Origin: Agathobacter sp.
Lineage (GTDB): Bacteria; Bacillota; Clostridia; Lachnospirales; Lachnospiraceae
NCBI GenBank assembly: GCA_022769125.1
Contig: JALEKN010000019.1
Coordinates: forward strand, 49,897 to 81,896
Reading direction: 5' to 3'
DNA length: 32,000 nt
Shown piece after piece: positions 18,266-24,912 of the stretch (position 1 is the stretch's first letter; each line of letters begins with the position of its first letter). A program made the translations under genes and the position numbers. The notes under the pieces were generated by a model that was not told where the DNA came from, ran no database searches, and worked only from the letters and a program-made list of their open reading frames with translations.

Positions 18266-18637
18266 CTACGCCCGGTACAACGTCTCCGCCATCTCTACAA
18301 ATTCCTCGCAGCTAAGCCCCGCGCCCTTTGCCGCCTCTATCAGCTCACCAAGCCGTTCCTCCAGCATCATGAGCTGTTTTTCCTTCAGGTAATCCGTGTT
18401 ATACTCGCATACATAGAAGCCCTTTCCTGCCACCGAGCGGATCAGTCCTTCTTTTTCCAGCTCCTCGTATGCACGCTTGGTTGTAATGACGCTCACCTGC
18501 AGTTCCATCGCAAGTGCACGGATGGACGGAAGCGCTTCGCCTGCGACCAGCGAGCCGGTCACGATCTCATTTTTTAGTTGGTTGACAATCTGCTCGTAGA
18601 TTGCCATTGTCCCCTGCGGTTGAATGATGATCTTCAT
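18266..18637 (-). CDS. GntR-family (YtrA-subfamily) transcriptional repressor
   Basis: 123 aa with a winged-HTH (IYEQIVNQLKNEIVTGSLVAGEALPSIRALAMELQVSVITTKRAYEELEKEGLI). The short C-terminal helical extension is typical of YtrA-type regulators. Confidence 0.85.
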   Translation of the reverse strand: MKIIIQPQGTMAIYEQIVNQLKNEIVTGSLVAGEALPSIRALAMELQVSVITTKRAYEELEKEGLIRSVAGKGFYVCEYNTDYLKEKQLMMLEERLGELIEAAKGAGLSCEEFVEMAETLYRA

Positions 18638-18651
18638 TCGATCCCTCCGTT

Positions 18652-19413
18652 TTATCTGTTATTTACCTTTGCTTTTCCGGTGTCGCTATTGAGCAGTGCC
18701 ACTTTTTCATAATCGCAGCCCAATTCGACCACCGTATCCCTGTGCCGCAAGATAAGCGCTGCAAGGATGATCTCTATGCCGGCGACAATGCCGGTTACAA
18801 TTTTTATCCAAAGCTTCTCATAGTCACCCGGCTCCAGTGCGATCACTCCGACCATATACGCGCTGACTCCGATGACCATTTCCAATATACACTGTGTCAG
18901 CAGGGTCCTTTGTGCCTTATCATAAACGCGCTCATATAGCTTCTCATTTCCCTCTCTAAGCCACGAATTTCCTCTCCATGAAGCAAATGCATCCCCGATC
19001 ACAAAGGCGCATCCCGCAATAAAGAATGCAGCGCCTGCCCATGCCGGCGCGTGCTGGAGCTTCGTCCAGATCACGATGGCAACCGCATTGAAGAGATTCG
19101 GGACAAGCAGCTTTAAGCGGAGCATTCCCTTTAGATAGCTGTACCGCTCCTGCATGGTCATCGGCACCAGAAACATCTGCTTTGGCAATCCGATTGCGGC
19201 AGCAGCGCCGCTTACGATGGCAAACATGAGAAAAAGGACTGCCATCAGATACCCTCCTAAGTTGGTCTTCTCGTTCGACATCGTGACAAACGGCACCGTC
19301 ATCATATAGATCGCCCATACGAGCGCACCTGTCTGACCGTTTTTCCCGAGCATTTTCCTTATATTACTTATACGTAACGCATTTATATAATCATGCAAAA
19401 CCTTTTTATCCAT
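18652..19413 (-). CDS. Polytopic membrane protein, partner of the first ABC ATPase (family unknown)
   Basis: 253 aa with about 6 hydrophobic helices. The ATG immediately abuts the ATPase TAG stop (19414). Confidence 0.6.
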   Translation of the reverse strand: MDKKVLHDYINALRISNIRKMLGKNGQTGALVWAIYMMTVPFVTMSNEKTNLGGYLMAVLFLMFAIVSGAAAAIGLPKQMFLVPMTMQERYSYLKGMLRLKLLVPNLFNAVAIVIWTKLQHAPAWAGAAFFIAGCAFVIGDAFASWRGNSWLREGNEKLYERVYDKAQRTLLTQCILEMVIGVSAYMVGVIALEPGDYEKLWIKIVTGIVAGIEIILAALILRHRDTVVELGCDYEKVALLNSDTGKAKVNNR

Positions 19414-20268
19414 CTACCTGTTCCCCCGCCTTAGCTGTTTTTCCATAAAATACATAAGCTCCTCTATGGTTGGCGGTGAGACCGCAAAGCCGTCATAGTC
19501 AAACCGCTTCTTGTGGCGCACCAATGCCTTTCCTCCGTAGTTGCCTTCCTCTAGGGCGATCACATAATCGGGATGGAAACGCCTGAGCTTGTAATTCTCT
19601 CCCTGTATGATCCGGTAATTCCCGCGGATGGTCTCGATGTCCTCCGCTAAGTGGATCTTTCCGTTGTCCATATAGATCAGATAGTCCGCCATCCGGTCGA
19701 GGTCGTCCGTCAGATGCGTGGCAAGCACAACACTGTGCGAGCCGTCTGCGATAAATTCCTGCAGCTTCTGCCAGAAGATCTCGCGGAACTCCGGGTCGAA
19801 ATTGCCGGTCGGCTCGTCGAGCAGAAGTATCTTCGGCTCATGTGCCAGCGCAAACGCGAACTGGAACTTTAACTCCTCGCCTTTGGATAAGGTCTTATAT
19901 TTCTGGTCGCCTTTTAGCTCAAATTCCTGTAACAATTCCTGCATTAAGTTGGATTTGTAGGTTGGGTAATACTGCCCGTACAACTGCGCGTTTGCTTCGA
20001 GTGTCATATCATTTTCGAATAAGCGCTCCTGCAAAACCACCCCGAGCTGTTCACGGATTGCCCGCTCGCTGTCATCGTACTGCATGCCGTTGATCGTGAT
20101 GCTTCCCACATCCGGTCGGTACAATCCAAGGATCAGATGAAACAGTGTCGTCTTTCCTGCTCCGTTGCGCCCGATCAGCCCGGTGATGTAGCCGTCCGGT
20201 ATCGTGAGGGAAATGTCTTTTACGGAAAATTTGTCCAGTTGTTTGCTTACACCTTCCAATTTGATCAT
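19414..20268 (-). CDS. ABC transporter ATP-binding protein (YtrB-like, long form with a C-terminal extension)
   Basis: Walker A GRNGAGKTT, Q-loop, degenerate signature LSKGE, Walker B ILLLDEPT, H-loop ATHL. A roughly 70-aa C-terminal domain follows. Confidence 0.9.
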   Translation of the reverse strand: MIKLEGVSKQLDKFSVKDISLTIPDGYITGLIGRNGAGKTTLFHLILGLYRPDVGSITINGMQYDDSERAIREQLGVVLQERLFENDMTLEANAQLYGQYYPTYKSNLMQELLQEFELKGDQKYKTLSKGEELKFQFAFALAHEPKILLLDEPTGNFDPEFREIFWQKLQEFIADGSHSVVLATHLTDDLDRMADYLIYMDNGKIHLAEDIETIRGNYRIIQGENYKLRRFHPDYVIALEEGNYGGKALVRHKKRFDYDGFAVSPPTIEELMYFMEKQLRRGNR

Positions 20269-20291
20269 CTTGTATTGCCTCCGTGTTTATT

Positions 20292-20333
20292 CTGTATATA
20301 TGTATATATACAGTCTAGTTACAGTTTTGTCAA
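20292..20333 (-). promoter_or_regulatory. Promoter of the ABC/GntR operon with an overlapping 22-bp palindromic operator
   Basis: The minus strand reads TTGACA (20333-20328), a 17-nt spacer, then TATATA (20310-20305). The palindrome CTGTATATAT-GT-ATATATACAG (20292-20313) has 10/10 complementary arms and covers the -10 box and the transcription start region. Confidence 0.65.
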
Positions 20334-20337
20334 TACA

Positions 20338-20500
20338 TTTTTACGTTGCTGTTCTCTTTTCTACAGCGGCCTTTTTTGTATCTATCTTTTTACGGTTGCC
20401 TTTTTCCTTCCTGCATTTGTCTTTTCGCTTTTTACAGTCGTCTTTTCCTTCCTGCATTAGCCTTTTGGCCGCCACCTTTTTCTTTCCTGCATTTACCTTT
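20338..20500. repeat. Degenerate 36-42-bp tandem repeats, pyrimidine-rich on the plus strand, in the divergent intergenic region
   Basis: TTCCTTCCTGCATT occurs at 20404-20417 and 20445-20458, with TCTTTCCTGCATT at 20481-20493. TTTTTAC(G/A)G words occur at 20338, 20387 and 20429. Overlapping plus-strand ORFs here encode repetitive F/L/S-rich peptides. Confidence 0.7.
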
Positions 20501-20504
20501 CCGC

Positions 20505-20557
20505 TTCACTTCTATTCTTTTGTCTTGTATAATAAAGAAATGCGCATATACCGGTAT
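20505..20557 (+). promoter_or_regulatory. Candidate promoter for the plus-strand membrane-protein gene, with a downstream 10-bp palindrome
   Basis: TTCACT (20505-20510), a 17-nt spacer, then TATAAT (20528-20533). The perfect palindrome ATACCGGTAT at 20548-20557 lies just downstream. A strong SD (AGGAGG) lies 6 nt before the ATG at 20617. Confidence 0.45.
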
Positions 20558-20616
20558 GCTTATAGCAATATGATACATACACTTATTTCATTTAGCCTAA
20601 AACGAGGAGGTGTGCA

Positions 20617-21108
20617 ATGCCATTTATCAAAAATGCAGATGGTCCAACATCCATTTTCCTTGCAGGGAGCCTGAATATGAGCTGGTTAAATCTATTCGGC
20701 CTAATCCTTATCATTCTGCTGTTGATTCCAAATATTATTTATGCAACCAAATACAAAAACCAAAGCAACAAATGTACAAATACGACAATGAATATCCTGG
20801 AACAGGTTGGTCGATACGGATGCATGTTTTTCATGATATTTAACATTGGCATTCTGGAATTTGGTTTTTCATCACTTACAATGTTGCTTATCTACTTGAT
20901 TGGGAGTCTGGCGCTTATAGTCTCCTATTGGATTTGCTGGATGATTTTCTTCATTAAGCCAGCCTTTAGAATTCAGATCGCCCTAGCAATCATCCCCACT
21001 CTTCTGTTTTTGCTGAGCGGAATTACATCTAGGCATTATCTGCTCATAATTTTTGCGATTTTATTTGGGATCGGGCATATTTATGTCACTTCACAGAATA
21101 GGGAATAG
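20617..21108 (+). CDS. Small polytopic membrane protein of unknown family; the only plus-strand gene
   Basis: 163 aa with about 5 hydrophobic helices. It has a strong SD and is followed by an intrinsic terminator. Confidence 0.6.
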   Translation: MPFIKNADGPTSIFLAGSLNMSWLNLFGLILIILLLIPNIIYATKYKNQSNKCTNTTMNILEQVGRYGCMFFMIFNIGILEFGFSSLTMLLIYLIGSLALIVSYWICWMIFFIKPAFRIQIALAIIPTLLFLLSGITSRHYLLIIFAILFGIGHIYVTSQNRE

Positions 21109-21167
21109 CTGGCATTACCGTGCGCTGATCGTTTTTTTCTGATGATTCAAGGGGGTTTAGAGGACGT

Positions 21168-21210
21168 ACGGCCTGGAGTGTGTTTTTGGCTCCGCAGGCC
21201 GTAATTTTTG
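21168..21210 (+). terminator. Intrinsic terminator of the plus-strand gene; it forms the first unit of the 72-bp repeat
   Basis: ACGGCCTGGAG (21168-21178) pairs with CTCCGCAGGCCGT (21190-21202) as 8 + 3 bp with a 2-nt bulge. AATTTTTGGG follows. Confidence 0.6.
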
Positions 21211-21370
21211 GGCTGTGGACTGGTGGGATGCGAGAATATTACCGCCGGGAGCGTGTTTCTGGCTCCGCAGGCCGTAATTTTTGGGCTGCGGGCTGGTGAT
21301 TTGCAAGAATATTACCGCCTGAAGAGAGATTTTCGCTCCACAGGCCGTACTTTGCGTTTTCGTAATAAAA
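21175..21370. repeat. About 2.6 copies of a 72/73-bp tandem repeat
   Basis: Unit A is 21175-21246, unit B is 21247-21319, and a degenerate partial unit C is 21320 to about 21370. The shared core is GGCTCCGCAGGCCGTAATTTTTGGGCTG...GAATATTACCGCC. Confidence 0.85.
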
Positions 21371-21374
21371 CAAC

Positions 21375-21414
21375 AAGCATAAAATACCCCCACATGACCT
21401 ATATCATGTGGGGG
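21375..21414 (-). terminator. Intrinsic terminator of the small-protein gene
   Basis: 11-bp perfect stem CCCCCACATGA / TCATGTGGGGG (21387-21397 and 21404-21414) with a 6-nt loop. On the minus strand it is followed by TATTTTATGCTTGTTGTTTT. Confidence 0.8.
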
Positions 21415-21441
21415 CATCTGTTAACTATCCGGTATGCAATT

Positions 21442-21792
21442 CTATGCATAATAATCGATGGTGCTTCCTATCATTTCATAACCGTAGGACTGACGATCAC
21501 TGTCATATCCGGTCATAATCCCGGAAAATCCTGACGCGATGTCGTTCAGTTCACGATTGGTACTCTGTGTCTTTGCAAGTCTGGCTGTTGAATCAACTGA
21601 TGATACAGTTGCATTCGGATAAGATACCGGATTTACATTTCCGATACTTGGAAATGTTCCGACATTCTGCGCTTCTTTTAAGGATTCAGTATATGCAGAA
21701 GATACCTCTGAATGATTCTTCACAGAATAATTCATCGGCTGAACGGATGATATGCCACTATATGCATTTAAAGCGCTGATTGCAAGACTCAT
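21442..21792 (-). CDS. Orphan small Ser/Thr/Asn-rich soluble protein (116 aa), function unknown
   Basis: I prefer the ATG at 21792 (MSLAISALNAYSG..) with GGGAGG 8 nt upstream. There is no TM segment or signal peptide. The gene has its own promoter and terminator. Confidence 0.5.
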   Translation of the reverse strand: MSLAISALNAYSGISSVQPMNYSVKNHSEVSSAYTESLKEAQNVGTFPSIGNVNPVSYPNATVSSVDSTARLAKTQSTNRELNDIASGFSGIMTGYDSDRQSYGYEMIGSTIDYYA

Positions 21793-21838
21793 CAAACGTT
21801 CCTCCCTTCCAAAGATCAAATCCATCTAACTATCTTTG

Positions 21839-21867
21839 ATTCTAGCACTTTTAAGCCCAATCTTCAA
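21839..21867 (-). promoter_or_regulatory. Candidate sigma-A promoter of the small-protein gene
   Basis: The minus strand reads TTGAAG (21867-21862), a 17-nt spacer, then TAGAAT (21844-21839), about 45 nt upstream of the ATG. Confidence 0.45.
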
Positions 21868-21889
21868 CAGATATTTATTACTTATCCTC

Positions 21890-22432
21890 CTACAGATGCG
21901 GTTCGAGCATCAAGAGTTCCTCCATGTCGATACAGTTCGGGATCGCATTCTCCGCAACCGCCCTCTTGCATTCAGAAAAGTCCATCCAGCGCACGCTGTC
22001 GATCTCTTCCTTCTGGACAGAGAACTCACTCTCCTCCTTATCCAGCCACAGCAAAAATACCTTGCTGAACTGCCTATCATGGAAAGGCTCTCCGTAAAAC
22101 TCCTCGTCCAGCAGGATTCGGCGCGTTCCGCACTCTATCAGGTCTTCTGCCTGCACTTCAAGGCCCAATTCTTCCTTAAGCTCCCGAAGCGCAGATTCCA
22201 CAAAATCTACTCCCGCCGGGATATGTCCGGCGCTTGAGATGTCATAGCAGCCCGGATATGAGTCCTTCGTGTCGCAACGCTTCTGCAGAAGGATCTGTAC
22301 CTTTCCCTCATGCCGCCGCACGATCCAGACGTGGGAGGTTCTGTGCCATATTCCGTTGCGGTGTGCTTCCTTCCGCTCGACGGTCTGACCTGTCGGCATT
22401 CCGTTTTCATCTACAATGTCGAAAATTTCCAT
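21890..22432 (-). CDS. Nudix hydrolase
   Basis: The Nudix box GHIPAGVDFVESALRELKEELGL matches Gx5Ex7REUxEExGU. The gene starts 23 nt downstream of metG, consistent with co-transcription. Confidence 0.85.
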   Translation of the reverse strand: MEIFDIVDENGMPTGQTVERKEAHRNGIWHRTSHVWIVRRHEGKVQILLQKRCDTKDSYPGCYDISSAGHIPAGVDFVESALRELKEELGLEVQAEDLIECGTRRILLDEEFYGEPFHDRQFSKVFLLWLDKEESEFSVQKEEIDSVRWMDFSECKRAVAENAIPNCIDMEELLMLEPHL

Positions 22433-22455
22433 GTTGCGATTCCTTCTCTCAACGC

Positions 22456-24498
22456 TTACGCGATCTCAGCTCCTGCCGGCATCGGCTTCTCCGGGGTAAG
22501 AAGTGCGAGGTTGCCATCTGCATCCTCTGCGCACAATAACATTCCCTCAGATAAAACGCCTGCAAGCTTTGCCGGCTTTAAGTTTACAAGAACCATAACC
22601 TTCTTGCCGACCATCTCCTCCGGTGAGTAATACTTGCGGATGCCGGAAACGATCTGCTTTACCTGGCTTCCGATCTTAACCTGTGAGCAGAGCAGCTTCT
22701 TGGACTTTTCTACTGCTTCGCAGGCAATGATCTCTCCAACCTGGAACTGTAGCTTCTCAAAGTCATCAAAAGTGATCTCTGCCTTTGGCTCGATGTCTAC
22801 CACGCCCTTTCCCGAAGCATCATCCTTTTGTGGCTGCTCGTAGCAAGGTGCAGATGCCGGTGTACCTCCGGCAAGACGCGCCTGCTCCTTCTCGTACTCT
22901 GCCTTCTGTGCTGCCTGGATTGCCTCTACCTTCGGCATTACCTCCTTGGCATCAAGACGGGCAAAAAGGATCTCCGGCTTGTCGGTTACGGTCTTTCCGC
23001 TCTCATAGAGTCCGAACTTGTCAAGATCATCATACTCGCGCAGTGTGGTGTTTAACTGTGCAACGATCTTTTCTGCGGTCTCCGGAAGGAACGGATGTAA
23101 AAGGCTCGCTCCGATCGTGATGGATTCGGTCAGGTTATAGAGAACCTCCGCAAGTCGATCCTGAAGGTTCTCATCCTTTGCAAGAACCCAAGGTGTTGTC
23201 TCATCGATATATTTGTTGCAGCGGCGGAACAGTCCGAATACCTCTGTGATGGCATCTGCCACACGGAGCTTCTCCATCTTTGCGGATACGGTATCACGGG
23301 TTGCGGTTACAACTGCCTTTAAGTCTGCGTCGATCGCAGCCTGTGCATCGTCCTGTGTCACGCCTGTGTGCTTTACGACACCGCCAAAATACTTGTTGCT
23401 CATGGAGATCGTACGGTTGACCAGATTGCCAAGAATGTTCGCAAGGTCTGAGTTAAAACGCTCGATCACCAGATCCCATGTGATGATTCCGTCATTCTCA
23501 TAAGGCATCTCATGGAGCACGAAGTAACGGGTTGCATCCACGCCAAACAGGTCTACCATGTCATCTGCATAGATAACGTTGCCCTTTGACTTGCTCATCT
23601 TCTCACCGCCCTGCAGCAGCCACGGATGTCCGAATACCTGCTTCGGCAGCGGAAGGACAAGTGCCATCAAAAAGATCGGCCAGTAAATCGTGTGGAAACG
23701 CACGATGTCTTTTCCGATAAGGTGCAGATCCGCAGGCCAGTTTTTCTTGAACAGCTCGCTTGAACCGTCCGGATCGTAACCGATCTTGGTGATATAGTTC
23801 GTAAGGGCATCCAGCCATACATATACGACATGCTTCGGATCAAAGTCTACCGGAATACCCCAGTTGAAGGAGGTACGGGAAACGCACAGATCCTGAAGTC
23901 CCGGAAGCAGGAAGTTGTTCATCATCTCGTTCTTTCTTGATACCGGCTGGATGAAATCCGGGTGTGTGTTGATATAATCGATCAGGCGATCCGCATACTT
24001 GCTCATCTTGAAGAAGTAAGCCTCTTCCTTTGCCGGCTGTACCTCACGTCCGCAGTCCGGGCACTTACCGTCTACAAGCTGTGATTCTGTCCAGAAGGAC
24101 TCACACGGAGTACAGTAAAGTCCCTCGTAAGAGCCCTTGTAGATGTCTCCCTGATCGTACAGCTTCTTGAAAATCTTCTTTACGCACTTTTCATGGTCTG
24201 CGTCTGTGGTGCGGACGAAATTATCATAATCTGCATTTACCAGATCCCAGATACGCTTTACCTCACCTGCAACCTCATCCACATATTCCTTTGGTGTGAT
24301 TCCGATTGCCTCTGCTTTCTCCTGGATCTTCTGACCATGCTCATCGGTTCCTGTCTGGAAGTATACATCGTATCCTTCCGCCTTTTTGTATCTTGCGATC
24401 GCATCTGCCAGAATGATCTCATAGGTGTTACCGATATGAGGCTTTCCGGACGTGTATGCGATTGCTGTTGTCATATAATACTTTCCCTTATTGCTCAT
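22456..24498 (-). CDS. metG: Methionine--tRNA ligase with a C-terminal tRNA-binding (EMAP/Trbp111-like) domain
   Basis: HIGH motif (GKPHIGN), KMSKS motif, Zn knuckles CTPCESFW..CPDCG, and a C-terminal OB-fold (FQVGEIIACEAVEKSKKLLCSQVKIG). I prefer the ATG at 24498 (MSNKGKYY) because GGAGGA lies 7 nt upstream. The ORF-track ATG at 24513 has no SD. Confidence 0.97.
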   Translation of the reverse strand: MSNKGKYYMTTAIAYTSGKPHIGNTYEIILADAIARYKKAEGYDVYFQTGTDEHGQKIQEKAEAIGITPKEYVDEVAGEVKRIWDLVNADYDNFVRTTDADHEKCVKKIFKKLYDQGDIYKGSYEGLYCTPCESFWTESQLVDGKCPDCGREVQPAKEEAYFFKMSKYADRLIDYINTHPDFIQPVSRKNEMMNNFLLPGLQDLCVSRTSFNWGIPVDFDPKHVVYVWLDALTNYITKIGYDPDGSSELFKKNWPADLHLIGKDIVRFHTIYWPIFLMALVLPLPKQVFGHPWLLQGGEKMSKSKGNVIYADDMVDLFGVDATRYFVLHEMPYENDGIITWDLVIERFNSDLANILGNLVNRTISMSNKYFGGVVKHTGVTQDDAQAAIDADLKAVVTATRDTVSAKMEKLRVADAITEVFGLFRRCNKYIDETTPWVLAKDENLQDRLAEVLYNLTESITIGASLLHPFLPETAEKIVAQLNTTLREYDDLDKFGLYESGKTVTDKPEILFARLDAKEVMPKVEAIQAAQKAEYEKEQARLAGGTPASAPCYEQPQKDDASGKGVVDIEPKAEITFDDFEKLQFQVGEIIACEAVEKSKKLLCSQVKIGSQVKQIVSGIRKYYSPEEMVGKKVMVLVNLKPAKLAGVLSEGMLLCAEDADGNLALLTPEKPMPAGAEIA

Positions 24499-24565
24499 TG
24501 TGTTATCCTCCATTTCTTAATTAAAAAGCGAATTGTTTATAAGTGGAACCAAAACCAATTCTGGT

Positions 24566-24875
24566 AAAACAAAAAGGCCCGCCTTCGTAAAGAAGACGAG
24601 CCGTAATCCCGTGATACCACTTCTATTCGCACATATCTCGCGATATATGCCTCCGCAGATGCAGATTGCTCTTACATCCTCCACTGTAACGGGTGTTCCC
24701 GTCAGAACTTATCCGTGCTGATAAAACTTCGGTTCAGTTCTGCCACTCCAAAGCCATGTTCCACCTGTCTGTTCTCTCTCCCTCTCAGCCTGCGGCCGGA
24801 TTCCGGCGCATGGAAGATTCTCTGTAAAGCGTCCCCAGATGTACTCTCTTTTTCTATGTGTTTTGGTTTATTCTG
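24566..24875 (-). promoter_or_regulatory. T-box riboswitch leader (Met specifier) with a terminator/antiterminator, controlling metG
   Basis: All elements are on the minus-strand RNA. Stem I is AAAG-AGAGUA-CAUCUG...CAGGUG-GAAC-AUG-G-CUUU, with the specifier AUG at 24757-24755. The conserved T-box sequence AGAAGUGGUAUCACGGG is at 24624-24608. The terminator is GGCUCGUCUUC-UUUAC-GAAGGCGGGCC followed by UUUUUGUUUU (24602-24566). Confidence 0.8.
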
Positions 24876-24881
24876 ACCACT

Positions 24882-24910
24882 AATTTAGCACGGAAAAACA
24901 CGGATGTCAA
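24882..24910 (-). promoter_or_regulatory. Sigma-A promoter of the T-box/metG transcription unit
   Basis: The minus strand reads TTGACA (24910-24905), a 17-nt spacer, then TAAATT (24887-24882). It starts 2 nt after the MCP stop. Confidence 0.6.
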
Positions 24911-24912
24911 TG

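Noticed and set aside
20137-20674. Overlapping plus-strand ORFs (107, 156 and 75 aa) in the divergent intergenic region.
   Set aside because: They run through the pyrimidine-rich tandem repeats and translate to repetitive F/L/S strings in all three frames. They have no SD and overlap the promoter of the minus-strand operon. This is a repeat artefact rather than coding sequence.
20338-21370. Possibility that the two repeat regions are CRISPR arrays.
   Set aside because: There are only 2-4 degenerate units, arranged head-to-tail with no unique spacers. No cas genes are present, and the unit sizes (36-42 bp contiguous, 72 bp contiguous) do not fit a repeat-spacer organisation.
21157-21534. ORFs 21157-21417 (minus strand) and 21208-21534 (plus strand).
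   Set aside because: They cross the 72-bp tandem repeat and two terminator hairpins. The plus-strand ORF also overlaps the small-protein gene antisense. Neither has ribosome-binding-site support.
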